Source of the DNA: an uncultured virus (IMG/VR IMGVR_UViG_3300032214_001084)
Taxonomy: Duplodnaviria > Heunggongvirae > Uroviricota > Caudoviricetes
Reading direction: 5' to 3' (one strand)
DNA: 64,000 nucleotides
IMG/VR virus record: IMGVR_UViG_3300032214_001084
The notes beneath the pieces were generated by a model. The model had not been told where the DNA came from, searched no databases, and saw only the letters and a list, made by a program, of their open reading frames with translations. This document shows positions 1 to 9,911 of this stretch, in pieces. Position numbers and translations under genes: made by a program. Numbering within the stretch: position 1 is the stretch's first letter; the number at the start of each line of letters is the position of its first letter.

Positions 1-339
1 AAGTACCCCAAAGAAGATCTACGAAAGGTTTTGCTTATTGAGATTGATTCATTAAAAACTGACTTGCATAACGTAAGGCAAATGACCCTTACCGGCATGT
101 TGGATCATGCAACTGCCGCCACGAAGATTGCTGTATTACAAAAGGAGATTCGTTCGCACATCCAAGTCGTTCGGCAAATTACAGACGGATTAGATCGGCG
201 CGGTCTTTTACTTGCCGGAGCCGACCGCTGTATGCGTGAGCTTATGAATAGTTTTGAGGACGCACCGACAATATACGCGTTACTTGAAGATGCCTCTATG
301 GTTATTTGGTCTACTATCGAGAAAGAGGAAAAGACTTAA
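1..339 (+). CDS. 5'-truncated hypothetical protein, possible terminase small subunit
   Basis: Frame is open from base 1 (AAG TAC CCC...) to TAA at 337-339; helical, and lies upstream of the terminase region. Function inferred from position only. Confidence 0.45.
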   Translation, partial: KYPKEDLRKVLLIEIDSLKTDLHNVRQMTLTGMLDHATAATKIAVLQKEIRSHIQVVRQITDGLDRRGLLLAGADRCMRELMNSFEDAPTIYALLEDASMVIWSTIEKEEKT

Positions 340-345
340 GTTTGC

Positions 346-369
346 GAAGGTAGGTCAAAGCCTACCTTC
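346..369. terminator. hairpin between convergent genes
   Basis: GAAGGTAGG-TCAAAG-CCTACCTTC perfect 9-bp stem; no strong U-tract. Confidence 0.4.
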
Positions 370-413
370 TGACCCGTTCTGGCTTTGTGGAGCAAACGAA
401 ATCTAAAAATCGT

Positions 414-1499
414 CTACCCAACGGGCTCCATTAAGGATAGCACGTTGAGCACAGGTGTTCTAAATATACCCATAAAGTAATCATTAACACCTAGTGACAT
501 AACTAAATCATCCTCGTCTTCTACAAAGCACCCAAACGGGAGAATGCAGGCAGGTTGATTCGAGATATCGTTCCCTACCGGATCGGTCCAAGTAACTAAG
601 TCGTCGTTTGTTGAACCGATAAATAAAGGTTCCGTCGTCATTCTGACGATACGCGTGAGATCTTTGTCTAACGTGTAAGCACCAAGAGCGTATAGGAGGT
701 ATGGGCGACGATCCAGCTCGTGGCACATAAACTTCCAGTGATAGAAGACCAACCACTCGTCGTCAATTAAGACAGGCGCGGTTGAGTTGAATGTCGGGTG
801 TTCGCCCGTCACTCTCTTGAGACATGTGGAATCAATAAACTTATCCGGCTCGTTTGGAGTTTTTATGACGAGTGGTTGGGTCGAGTACAAAAGTCGAAGG
901 CTTTTGTTATCGGAGAAGAAACACCAATTTTTTTCTGCCTTACCTTCTTCTAAGTTTGAACCTACAGGAGGATAAAACTTATCTACCAAGTTGCCGAATT
1001 CGTTAACAACACCTGTACATACTTTGGGCTTATTCAGCATCTTATGTTTTGTTGTGTCCCACTTTGTTGCGTATGTACTGGTCACAAACTGACAAAGCAG
1101 GTTGTCATCAGGAGAAACAAATATGCGTGGGTCTTCGTAACTCAGTCGATGAGGTTTGTCGATTAACTTACGAGGAGCGATAATTGTGTCGTCAGTAAGC
1201 AGCTGACCAATCCAGATATCGGTAGGAGTGTTGTTGTAATAAAAATATTTCATATCGTGCCTAAACACAAAGTGTTTTGGTTGGGACCTCCACGCGATCA
1301 GCGTCGCTCCTTTGTGTTGAAGGACGCATGGACTGAAGTTAGCGAAACTATCACTAGGGAGACCAGAGATTATTTTTGTGAACGTTCCGCCTATGTCGTA
1401 AGCCTGGTCAAAGACTGAGGGGTAACCAGATTTACTCGGCGCAAAAGCTCGCTTTGTTGTGCTGTTGTAGTAAGTGCGGTAACGATGAAATTGTGTCAC
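414..1499 (-). CDS. five-bladed beta-propeller glycoside-active enzyme (GH130-like or GT91-like)
   Basis: Motifs NFSPCV, YEDPRI, EKNWCFF and the C-terminal 'EPLF...PFG...MSLGVND' typical of GH130-clan propellers; translationally coupled to the GT4 gene. Confidence 0.65.
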   Translation of the reverse strand: MTQFHRYRTYYNSTTKRAFAPSKSGYPSVFDQAYDIGGTFTKIISGLPSDSFANFSPCVLQHKGATLIAWRSQPKHFVFRHDMKYFYYNNTPTDIWIGQLLTDDTIIAPRKLIDKPHRLSYEDPRIFVSPDDNLLCQFVTSTYATKWDTTKHKMLNKPKVCTGVVNEFGNLVDKFYPPVGSNLEEGKAEKNWCFFSDNKSLRLLYSTQPLVIKTPNEPDKFIDSTCLKRVTGEHPTFNSTAPVLIDDEWLVFYHWKFMCHELDRRPYLLYALGAYTLDKDLTRIVRMTTEPLFIGSTNDDLVTWTDPVGNDISNQPACILPFGCFVEDEDDLVMSLGVNDYFMGIFRTPVLNVLSLMEPVG

Positions 1500-2668
1500 T
1501 TGTTGAGCTCCTCCATGGCTTTGTTAAAAGCTTCAGCGATCCGATCCCAACGATATGCTGGGTTTTGAGTGACCTTGAAGCACGCTTCAGCTGTAGCTTT
1601 GTAAAACTCTTTATCCGTGTACAGCTTTGTTAGTTTTGCGGCAGCGTCTTGTGTGCTAACGATGCCTCGCTCGACGCCTAAGTCTTTGTCGTAGATCCAC
1701 GCTGCGACGTCTGCCAGTAGGGCGCTGTCTTTCCATATATCGGCAAACGACGTGTGGTTTGGCAGAACAAGCGGCTTCCGACACGAAGCTTGTTCAAACG
1801 GAACTAGGCCCCAGCCTTCTCCGTTTGCGGTGTTAATACCTACATCACATGCGTTATATATCAGATTGAGTAGTTCATCCGGCGGCGCGTTCATGTAATC
1901 AATATTGGCTGTAGTCATAACCAAACGTCCGTCAGCTGGTACGCCTCTCCGCTGCATTTCCGTTTCAAATATTGCTCGTACATCCCAACCAAGGTCTTTT
2001 TCGCTCATGTGCAGATACAGAAGAGTATCTGGCTTATCAACAGCAAACTCTGCAAAAGCTTTGATTGTTAAATCAATTTGTTTACGCGGTTGGTTCCGGT
2101 TTGCGTTGAGAACTATAAATTTATCTTCTGGCAGTCTCAAAGCTTTGCGAGCTTCGTTTTGAGAAATCGGATAAAATTTTCCGGCATCCAGCCCGTGGGG
2201 GACCACTCCAAGCAAGCGGGGTTGAACACCTTGAGCCATTAAACGGTGTGCTTGCTCCACCGTAAACGTGATTGCAAAATCCCAGTCTTGAATGTAGCCA
2301 AGCATCGAACTTACATAGTAGTTCGAGTCAATAGGGAAGTAAGCAATAAATTTAAACTTTAGAGAGTCTTTTAGGAGGTGTATGCGTTCCCAGACCTGGT
2401 TAACGACCCAGATATCGTTTAGACAGATAATAAAGTCTGGCTTTTCTTTTTCGACAACTTGAGGAAGTCGACCAATGCCGAATCGATCTGACGGGTTTGT
2501 AGCGCTAGCCGGATAAACTCGAAAAGGAAGGTCGTGCGGATCACCATTATAGTTAATTCCAAACGCTACAATCTCATGAGACTCTGCTAAGTGCTGTAGG
2601 ATACTGTGTGTTACTCGGGCAAACCCCGTGTTTGAGAGGGTGTCGCCGTACCAAAGAATTTTCGCCAT
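1496..2668 (-). CDS. glycosyltransferase family 4 (GT-B)
   Basis: N-terminal TGFARV, PHGLD, NRNQPRK, and EGWGLVPFEQASC (EGFGLxxxEA motif). Confidence 0.9.
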   Translation of the reverse strand: MAKILWYGDTLSNTGFARVTHSILQHLAESHEIVAFGINYNGDPHDLPFRVYPASATNPSDRFGIGRLPQVVEKEKPDFIICLNDIWVVNQVWERIHLLKDSLKFKFIAYFPIDSNYYVSSMLGYIQDWDFAITFTVEQAHRLMAQGVQPRLLGVVPHGLDAGKFYPISQNEARKALRLPEDKFIVLNANRNQPRKQIDLTIKAFAEFAVDKPDTLLYLHMSEKDLGWDVRAIFETEMQRRGVPADGRLVMTTANIDYMNAPPDELLNLIYNACDVGINTANGEGWGLVPFEQASCRKPLVLPNHTSFADIWKDSALLADVAAWIYDKDLGVERGIVSTQDAAAKLTKLYTDKEFYKATAEACFKVTQNPAYRWDRIAEAFNKAMEELNK

Positions 2669-2717
2669 TTGGCAGTAGAATCTTGCCTATCAGTATACAG
2701 ACACTTTCTTAATCGAT

Positions 2718-4241
2718 ATGCCTAGCAGAGAGACATTTGCTTACCGTCGCGCACTTAAACTCCGTGCAGCAAAAGCCGTGGATTCCGAGACGGGATCTAT
2801 CGATAATATCTTTCTGCGTGCCTCAGATGATTTCCATACGTTCTGTACAATCATGGATAAGGCTCCAGCAGCCCATATGCTGGAGTGGCATAAACACCTT
2901 ATAACAGGTGAGAGTAATAGATATCTATTAGATATAGCAGGACCTAACCTAGATATTTTGGCGCCTCGGGGTTCTGCCAAGTCTACAGTGCTTAATATGT
3001 TTACTGCATGGATCATAGGTCGTCATACTACTGCAGGATTGCCGTTGCAGATTATCTATTGTTCTTACAACATCGCCACGGCTATACCTAAAAGTCGGAT
3101 CATCAAGCAGATTATCGACTCATCTACGTATAAAAAGATTTTTCCAAAGGTCCAGCTTCGGTCCGGTATGCAGTCTGATATTGGCTGGAGTATCGATTTT
3201 GATTACGCAGGCATCAGCCGTGTGGGCGATGAAGAATTTACCTTGCGTGCTGCGGGGCTTAGAGGCTCTATTACGTCTAAACGTGCTCACCTTGTTATTG
3301 TAGATGACCCTATTAAATCTAGTACTGACATTAAAAACCCTACTATTAGAGAAGAGATGAATAATAACTGGAGCTCTGTGATTGCACCGATTATTTTTGA
3401 AGGTGGTCGAGCTATTTGTCTGGGGACTCGATTCCATCCGTTAGATATTCATAAAACGATGTTTGTGCCTGATAAAGGCTGGAAGCAAGTTCAGCAAGAA
3501 GCCTTGACTTATGACGATGACGGTGAGGCTGTTAGTTACTGGCCTGAGCAGTGGAGTGTTGATTATTTATTAGGTCAGAAGGAACTTGATCCCGTAGCTT
3601 TTGCTTTCCAGTACCAGCAACAGCCTGTGATGACTTCTGACTTGGTGTTATCGCCAGATTTACTTATTAAAGGCGATGTCGTCACGGAGTTCGATAGTCT
3701 CGCTGTTGGAATTGATTTGTCGGCAAGCAAGAACGAAACCTCTGACTACACAGCATTTGTCCTGGGAGGTCGGTTAAAAGACAAGTACTATATTATTGAC
3801 GCACATCAGGTGCGTTCTATAGGTAACCTTGAGAAAATAGATTTACTGTGCAAAATGCTTGTGGAGTGGGGGATACTTCAAGAAGATAATGATGGTAAAT
3901 ATTATCCGACATACTCGACTTGCTCTCTAGTCGTTGAGTCTGTCGCTTATCAAGCTTCTCTTGCCGCAGACCTTAGACGAGTCATGCTGAACGAGTGGGG
4001 ACTAGGTAATCTACATATTCACGAAGTTAAAGGATTCAGAGGAGATAAGATAGCTAGATTTAGAGGAACTCTAGGTCTTTTAGAAAACAAGAAGGTGACG
4101 TTTAACAGATATCGTAAGTTTGATGTGTTGTTCGACCAGCTGATTAATATTGGTGCAACCTCTCACGACGATTTACTAGATGCTTACACGCACTTGGTTT
4201 GCTTTCTGCAGCGTCGAGGCAACTTCGAGATGGAGTACTGA
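2718..4241 (+). CDS. terL: terminase large subunit
   Basis: Walker A APRGSAKST, Walker B VIVDDP, GTRFH, nuclease motifs GIDLS...SDYTA and HDDLLDA. Confidence 0.93.
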   Translation: MPSRETFAYRRALKLRAAKAVDSETGSIDNIFLRASDDFHTFCTIMDKAPAAHMLEWHKHLITGESNRYLLDIAGPNLDILAPRGSAKSTVLNMFTAWIIGRHTTAGLPLQIIYCSYNIATAIPKSRIIKQIIDSSTYKKIFPKVQLRSGMQSDIGWSIDFDYAGISRVGDEEFTLRAAGLRGSITSKRAHLVIVDDPIKSSTDIKNPTIREEMNNNWSSVIAPIIFEGGRAICLGTRFHPLDIHKTMFVPDKGWKQVQQEALTYDDDGEAVSYWPEQWSVDYLLGQKELDPVAFAFQYQQQPVMTSDLVLSPDLLIKGDVVTEFDSLAVGIDLSASKNETSDYTAFVLGGRLKDKYYIIDAHQVRSIGNLEKIDLLCKMLVEWGILQEDNDGKYYPTYSTCSLVVESVAYQASLAADLRRVMLNEWGLGNLHIHEVKGFRGDKIARFRGTLGLLENKKVTFNRYRKFDVLFDQLINIGATSHDDLLDAYTHLVCFLQRRGNFEMEY

Positions 4242-5125
4242 TGGAAGACCATAAATTTCTTGTTCTGATAACGGCGCATAACCCCCTTGCGCGATTTGAC
4301 GCGTTACTTAAAACGCTGCGTGGCTACGAAGAAATTCCCGGTCAAATTGATGTGTTTATTTATATAGACTATGAGCACAGAGAAGATGAAAGTATTTTAC
4401 GTGAATTAGTGAATTCTAATGTCTCGTTTAACTCTTTAAGTATTGTTGTAGCTTCTGAAGCCTGGCAGGGGTTTTCCCTCACATGGGCTCATAAAGGCTT
4501 ACTGCGAGAAGCCGTTTTAAACAATTATTACGACTTTTATGTTTATACAGAGAACGATATGTGCTTCACTAGCGAAAACTTTATTTACTGGTTCCTATAT
4601 AAAGACAGGTTAAAGAAGTTAAATCTTGAGCCTGGTTTCTGTCGGTACGAGACTTATAAGTCCAAGCTCGTGCCTTTTGATAATCACAAAGTATGGCAGC
4701 TCAACAGGGCCACGAGTGACGTGTGGGGCGACAGACCTTATCAAGTTGAGACTTATTTGACTCCACTGGACGATTGGTTTATTGGGTTCGCGTCCTTAGG
4801 TAACCCCTACATGGGGATGATGATCCTAGATCAAGAGATGGCTGAGAGGTATGTACATTCTCAAAGTTTCGATCCTGTACGAAGTTTTGAGTTAACCCAG
4901 TTTCGTTGCTGGCCGCTGGCTGACAGGAGTTCTATGGGGCTCGCGTTTGAAAACTTGCGATTAGGGCAGGAGCACCGTCGAGTGGTTCCAATCGTTAAGG
5001 TGGGCGACAAAGTTCAGATAGCTCCTTTTGGACTTATCGAGCATTGCGACACTAAGTACAGTTTGGAATTAGAAGATAAACTGGGACGCACTCTCGATAT
5101 TTCGGAGATGTTTGGGTATGCCTGA
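4241..5125 (+). CDS. putative GT-A-fold glycosyltransferase
   Basis: ATG overlaps the terL stop (TGATG); N-terminal 'LVLITAH', 'YDFYVYTENDM' (ExD metal motif); clustered with other GTs. Confidence 0.5.
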   Translation: MEDHKFLVLITAHNPLARFDALLKTLRGYEEIPGQIDVFIYIDYEHREDESILRELVNSNVSFNSLSIVVASEAWQGFSLTWAHKGLLREAVLNNYYDFYVYTENDMCFTSENFIYWFLYKDRLKKLNLEPGFCRYETYKSKLVPFDNHKVWQLNRATSDVWGDRPYQVETYLTPLDDWFIGFASLGNPYMGMMILDQEMAERYVHSQSFDPVRSFELTQFRCWPLADRSSMGLAFENLRLGQEHRRVVPIVKVGDKVQIAPFGLIEHCDTKYSLELEDKLGRTLDISEMFGYA

Positions 5126-5411
5126 GCCTGAGTACGTTCAACTGTCTTTCTCTGAGTTAGGTCTGCCTGCTCAGCAGGAGCTACATGACGCCGTTGAGCA
5201 CCCGAAGCACTATACGCAGGGAGCTGTGGAAACCATTGATTATATGGAGTCGTGTTTGACGGCAGAAGAGTTCTGCGGAGCTTGCAAAATGAACGTCTTA
5301 AAGTACGTCTCTAGAGAGAAACATAAGAATGGATTGGAAGATCTTAAAAAAGCTAGGTGGTACTTAAACCGACTTATCTCGTATTTGGAGAAGACTGGCG
5401 AAGGGCGTTAA
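5118..5411 (+). CDS. DUF3310/SaV-like protein
   Basis: DAVEHPKHYTQGAVETID...NVLKYVSR..HKNGLEDLKKARWYL signature. Confidence 0.8.
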   Translation: MPEPEYVQLSFSELGLPAQQELHDAVEHPKHYTQGAVETIDYMESCLTAEEFCGACKMNVLKYVSREKHKNGLEDLKKARWYLNRLISYLEKTGEGR

Positions 5412-5434
5412 GATAGACGAAACAGTCTCTCTAT

Positions 5435-5719
5435 ATGGATATTCGCGCCTTTGGCTCTGTGTATGGGCAGACTTCTATGCTGCCCTATGCGAGTGGCTTC
5501 GGCTGGGCTCCTGCTCAAGGTCGTAAAAATTTTGCCACTTGTCGGGCCATTTTTATTGAAGCTAAATCTTCAAATAGTAAAGACTATTTGACTGTTGAGT
5601 TGTCTGATGCTCCTGGTCAGCAGGCCACAGCTCTCAACTTAGACGGCAATGACCTTATACCTATTGCTTGTACTGCTTTGATTAGCGGTAGTGTTAACGG
5701 TGTGTTTGTGCTTTACTAA
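5435..5719 (+). CDS. hypothetical protein, possibly virion-associated
   Basis: 94-aa beta-rich ORF preceded by a TAAGAT box. Confidence 0.55.
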   Translation: MDIRAFGSVYGQTSMLPYASGFGWAPAQGRKNFATCRAIFIEAKSSNSKDYLTVELSDAPGQQATALNLDGNDLIPIACTALISGSVNGVFVLY

Positions 5720-6012
5720 TGGATCCGTACACTCGTGCTGCTTTTGGTTTTGCTAAAGCATACCAAATGAATATGCGTGCTGCTGATGAACAGCGGCAGG
5801 CTAACCAACCCTCTAGCGATGCTTTTGCAGAAGGGCTTGCTGACGAGGAGCGGGACTACACTTACTCACCCAACCCTCAAGCACCCGCTCCTCCAAGTGA
5901 GCAATACACAGGGATGGAGACTGATGATGGCACAATTTTGGATCAGTCCAACGGAAACTCACTAAAGCGAGCAAAACAAAAAGCTACGAAGTACCTCCAA
6001 CTCGGAGATTGA
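5719..6012 (+). CDS. hypothetical protein
   Basis: TAATG coupling to the upstream ORF. Confidence 0.55.
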   Translation: MDPYTRAAFGFAKAYQMNMRAADEQRQANQPSSDAFAEGLADEERDYTYSPNPQAPAPPSEQYTGMETDDGTILDQSNGNSLKRAKQKATKYLQLGD

Positions 6013-6043
6013 GTTAATATAGTACGACTCAGCTCTGCTTACA

Positions 6044-6856
6044 GTGCTCATAGACTGTTTTTCGTATTTTAACGAACGGGAGATTCTTGAGCTTCGCGTT
6101 CGAACTTTAGAAAATCATGTCGATGGGTTTTTAATCACGGACGCCAATCGGACCCACCGTGGGGAGGAGAAGCCGTTTACATGCTTAGAGACTATCCGTG
6201 AACTTGGGCTGCCTGAGGAAAAGATCCAGGTTCTGCATGTAGAGCTACCTTCTGTAGAAGAAGCTCCCGATCCCTGGATTCGAGAGCGAGGTCAGCGTGA
6301 TGCGCTTGGCGTCGGGCTTCACATGATGCCTGATGACACGGTGTTTATTTGTTCTGATTGTGATGAGATCGCTAATCCTTCTAAGTTCGACGAACTGTTA
6401 GAAGTTGTCAAGGAAGAAGAAGATAAGATCGTTCGCTTGAGTATGTCCATGCACTACGGACGGGCTGACCGACAGCTGGTATCGCCTAGCGGCGAGTTAT
6501 TTGACTGGCGTTGTGGCGTTGTTAGCACCGTGGCCCGACTGAAAGAGTTCGGCACTCTTTCCTCCATGCGTGCTACTCAGCATAATCGTTACTTTGGCAC
6601 TAGGGATGCCGGATGGCACTTTAGTTGGATGGGTGATGCTGATAAACGAAGGACTAAACTTCGTTCCATAGCTGAGTACTACATTTGGGATCGACCTGAG
6701 GTTCAGAAACTTTGCGATGAGTTCAAGCCTGAAGAAGGTCATACGGATATGCTCGGTCGCGAAGACCACTTGTTAACCTCGTACCCAGTAGAAGATTTGC
6801 CTAAGGAAGCGGTTAAACTGGAGAGAGTCAAAGCGTATCTTTTGCCAGATGGCTGA
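6044..6856 (+). CDS. glycosyltransferase family 17 (GnT-III/MGAT3-like)
   Basis: IDCFSYFNE.EILELR, W.RE..QRDAL, SDCDEI and GWHFSW motifs. Confidence 0.8.
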   Translation: MLIDCFSYFNEREILELRVRTLENHVDGFLITDANRTHRGEEKPFTCLETIRELGLPEEKIQVLHVELPSVEEAPDPWIRERGQRDALGVGLHMMPDDTVFICSDCDEIANPSKFDELLEVVKEEEDKIVRLSMSMHYGRADRQLVSPSGELFDWRCGVVSTVARLKEFGTLSSMRATQHNRYFGTRDAGWHFSWMGDADKRRTKLRSIAEYYIWDRPEVQKLCDEFKPEEGHTDMLGREDHLLTSYPVEDLPKEAVKLERVKAYLLPDG

Positions 6857-7007
6857 CAAAATGCCTGAAGAGCTTCTTAAGAAGTTTGCCGCAGACCGTG
6901 AGGCCAAAAAGGCTCCTAGCGGTAAAGAGGTGAGTGGGTCTGAAGAAACTCGCAAGCGTGCTAAGGCCAAAGCACAAAAGGCTAAGGAATCTATCTTCCG
7001 CAAGTGA
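6849..7007 (+). CDS. small Lys-rich protein (52 aa, not in ORF track)
   Basis: MADKMPEELLKKFAADREAKK...SIFRK; ATG overlaps the end of the GT17 gene. Confidence 0.55.
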   Translation: MADKMPEELLKKFAADREAKKAPSGKEVSGSEETRKRAKAKAQKAKESIFRK

Positions 7008-7043
7008 TCCTTTAGGGTCTCAATTACCTGTTTGAGTGTGTAG

Positions 7044-9269
7044 ATGGCCAGTTCGACCGAAACAAGGAAGAGGTTCAATGAGATCTTAGAGGCGTCCCGC
7101 ACTCAGGATCGAAGCAACCAGGCGTCGACCATGGTTGTTTTGAGCCATCTACAGCAGATGACCCTTCTCATGATTAAGAAGGGTCTGACTTTTTATTGTG
7201 ATCAAGATACATTTAAAAGCCGTACACGTTTTCTAGATGACGTTATTGCTTTAAATAAGCTTGATATACGTTTTCCAGCGATTATTAGGAACTTTTTAAT
7301 CGACGGCTGTGGACTGTTTTACTTCAGACCAGACCCAAAGCTTAAGTATCAGATCTACTTCTTCAACAAAAATCAGTATCGCGTTTACCACGATGTAAAC
7401 GGAGAGGTTGAAGAAGTCGTTATTGTCTACAGCTATAAAGTTAAAAACGCGAATCTTGGTTTACCTAGCAATAGCTACGGACAAAACAAGCGTTATGTAC
7501 GCTTGACCATCACAGCTGACGAAATTAGCGAAGTTGAGACTGATACTGAGTTAAGTTTTGATTTAGAGCCTGGAGCTATTCTGACTCCAGCCAAAAAACG
7601 ACCAAATACTCTTGGTTTTATCCCTGCTGTTGAAGTTTTAAATAAACCAAACGCCAGCGGAACTGAGGGTGAAGGCGAGTTTGACCCGTTTATGGAGCAG
7701 ATTGTGCTCCATGACGAGATGACTCGGAACATCGCAAAGAATATTGAATTTTTTGGGAATCCCACGCTGATTAGCTCACGTCCTCGGAGTGATCTGGTCG
7801 AAGCGAGTGACGCCTCCAGTACTTTTAGGCCGACTATCAGCAGTCAGAGCGGTTTTTCTGGGGTCGATAGTCCTTCGACACGCGTAAGCGAGCCTTTTGG
7901 TGCCGGCATGGGCGGCGGTCTTCGCGTGCCTCGCATTATTGCGAACGTGGAACCCTCTGACCGCGTGGGTTACATGACTCCTGACCCAGTGAACGGAGAC
8001 ATGAACCGGTACGCTCTTCTTCTGCGAGAGGAAATACGTACTGCCCTGGGCGGTGTCGATGAAATTTCAATTTCAGCTGGCGCGACCGCTACGGAAATCA
8101 AGGGTTTGATGGGTCGTGCTCAAGCCACGGCTCTCCGTAAGAACAAAAGCTTCTTGACCTACGGTTTCAATCGTCTCTTAGAGATGATGATCTATCACCA
8201 GGAGATGATTTTCCGCGAGTCGTTTATTGCCGCTGCTGGGCTTAAAGAACCGAGCTTACCCAAAGAACAAACGGAAGAAACTCTAGAGAAGTATCAGAAA
8301 TCTTTAGCTCGGTACGAGGTTAAAGTCACCCAGACGATTCAGCTCGCTCTCCAGGAAAATAAAGTACCCCCTGGCGTCGTCGGTTTACCCGAAGATGGTG
8401 ATCGCACTGTTACTTACAGGTATCAAGGCGATGTTTACGAGGATACGGCATACGATATTAACCAAAAGTCGATCGTTGTTCGTAATTTACAAGAGCTTGG
8501 TGTGGACAGCATCGAAGCTCTTAAGTTTCTTTTCCCTGAGAAAACTGATTCTGAGCGAGCTGAGATGTTGAAGGGTTTCCCCTTCCGCATGGTGCAACAA
8601 ACTCAATCAGCAATGCAACAATTTCTGGTATTATTAAGCCAGATGTTGCAGTCGCCGCATCCCCTTGCGCCGAATCAGCCACTTGCTGCTGATCCTAGAC
8701 TGAACATAACTCCGCTCCTTTACAGGACATTCGACCACCTCGCGGAAGAACTAACTTACTCGGGTAGCTATGAGCCAGCAGATCCAAGCTTCGACCCCGA
8801 GCCCGGTCTCCCCGGCGGTAGCCCCGGCGGTATCATCGGACCAGGGCTCAACCGCCTACCCGCAGTGGGTGGCGCAAACCTCTACCCCGGCGGTAGCTTC
8901 GGTACCTACAGCCCAACCGCCGTCGCAGGTACAACAGGCTACGGGCCTTTCTACCAGCAACCAGTTCAACCAGTTAACGTCGCCCTCCTCCCCGAGCAAT
9001 CCTTGGGAAGCGGCGATGGGTACCCTGGAACGGGTGCTGTCCCAGGTGAACTCTCCGTCCCCCAGCCAGGTTCAACAGTCGCCTTACCAGGTGGCACCGC
9101 AACTGGCTACTCAACTGAGCAATCAGAGTTTACAGGCCCAACCTTGGGCTTACCAGGAGCAGCAGGTAGCGCCGACCTCGTTTACCAACGCTTCACAGAC
9201 CCAAACTTCCTCGCAAACTTCTACGGCCCCGCAAACGAGCGTAAGTCCCGTAACCGCCGAGGTCGTTAA
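7044..9269 (+). CDS. portal protein with long low-complexity C-terminal extension
   Basis: Size and position between terL and scaffold/MCP; 'NTLGFIPAVEVLN...GEGEFDPFMEQI' resembles portal segments. Confidence 0.72.
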   Translation: MASSTETRKRFNEILEASRTQDRSNQASTMVVLSHLQQMTLLMIKKGLTFYCDQDTFKSRTRFLDDVIALNKLDIRFPAIIRNFLIDGCGLFYFRPDPKLKYQIYFFNKNQYRVYHDVNGEVEEVVIVYSYKVKNANLGLPSNSYGQNKRYVRLTITADEISEVETDTELSFDLEPGAILTPAKKRPNTLGFIPAVEVLNKPNASGTEGEGEFDPFMEQIVLHDEMTRNIAKNIEFFGNPTLISSRPRSDLVEASDASSTFRPTISSQSGFSGVDSPSTRVSEPFGAGMGGGLRVPRIIANVEPSDRVGYMTPDPVNGDMNRYALLLREEIRTALGGVDEISISAGATATEIKGLMGRAQATALRKNKSFLTYGFNRLLEMMIYHQEMIFRESFIAAAGLKEPSLPKEQTEETLEKYQKSLARYEVKVTQTIQLALQENKVPPGVVGLPEDGDRTVTYRYQGDVYEDTAYDINQKSIVVRNLQELGVDSIEALKFLFPEKTDSERAEMLKGFPFRMVQQTQSAMQQFLVLLSQMLQSPHPLAPNQPLAADPRLNITPLLYRTFDHLAEELTYSGSYEPADPSFDPEPGLPGGSPGGIIGPGLNRLPAVGGANLYPGGSFGTYSPTAVAGTTGYGPFYQQPVQPVNVALLPEQSLGSGDGYPGTGAVPGELSVPQPGSTVALPGGTATGYSTEQSEFTGPTLGLPGAAGSADLVYQRFTDPNFLANFYGPANERKSRNRRGR

Positions 9270-9693
9270 TCACTTCGGGATTGAAGCTCCCGGCATCCTG
9301 AATCAGTACGCTTGCTCGCTTGAGGATCTCCTCATCGACCAAGCTCAGAAAATGGACGCTCTTTCTGCTCGCCACGATGCGATGCAGACGATCCTGACTG
9401 ATCCCGAGCACCTGGCTAACTACACCGATCGTTATTTCACGGAAGTGGTACCCGTGGACATCGACGGTGATCTCGACTACAGCCAGCAACAAGCTCAGGC
9501 GTACCAGCCCCGCTACGACATGCCAGCGCCCCCGGCTAATGCAGGTGGCGTTAATGTCGGCGCTCAACCTCAGCAACAGTGGGAGCAGTTCAGCGACGTC
9601 ATGAACCGCAGCCCTGAGAACGCCTGGCGTGTTCTTCAGCAAATGGGTCCTGAAGCTATGCGTAGCAAGCTTCTCTTTATGGATCCTGCTTGA
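8770..9693 (+). CDS. putative capsid scaffolding protein
   Basis: Q/P/S-rich N-terminus, central coiled coil, followed by a terminator; sits before the MCP; overlaps the portal in another frame. Confidence 0.6.
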   Translation: MSQQIQASTPSPVSPAVAPAVSSDQGSTAYPQWVAQTSTPAVASVPTAQPPSQVQQATGLSTSNQFNQLTSPSSPSNPWEAAMGTLERVLSQVNSPSPSQVQQSPYQVAPQLATQLSNQSLQAQPWAYQEQQVAPTSFTNASQTQTSSQTSTAPQTSVSPVTAEVVNHFGIEAPGILNQYACSLEDLLIDQAQKMDALSARHDAMQTILTDPEHLANYTDRYFTEVVPVDIDGDLDYSQQQAQAYQPRYDMPAPPANAGGVNVGAQPQQQWEQFSDVMNRSPENAWRVLQQMGPEAMRSKLLFMDPA

Positions 9694-9716
9694 TAGCATT
9701 AAAGAGCCAAGGTCAG

Positions 9717-9741
9717 AGCCCCCGTTACTGGGGGCTTTTTT
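9717..9741 (+). terminator. Rho-independent terminator
   Basis: AGCCCCC-GTTACT-GGGGGCT followed by a T run. Confidence 0.8.
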
Positions 9742-9773
9742 CTTGCTAATGTTTTTATAAAGGGATTAATTTC

Positions 9774-9911
9774 ATGCGCTCTCTCAGCTATCGTCCTCGT
9801 AAAGAGGATTCGAAAAAAGAAGAAGTAAAGGAAGTGGCTCCCGTCGAGCAAGTTAATGAAACTCAGCCTGAATCACTTGATTCTTTTGATGAGTCTGTTG
9901 TTATCAGCTGA
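9774..9911 (+). CDS. small acidic protein (45 aa, not in ORF track)
   Basis: MRSLSYRPRKEDSKKEEVKE...VVIS fills the intergenic gap. Confidence 0.45.
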   Translation: MRSLSYRPRKEDSKKEEVKEVAPVEQVNETQPESLDSFDESVVIS

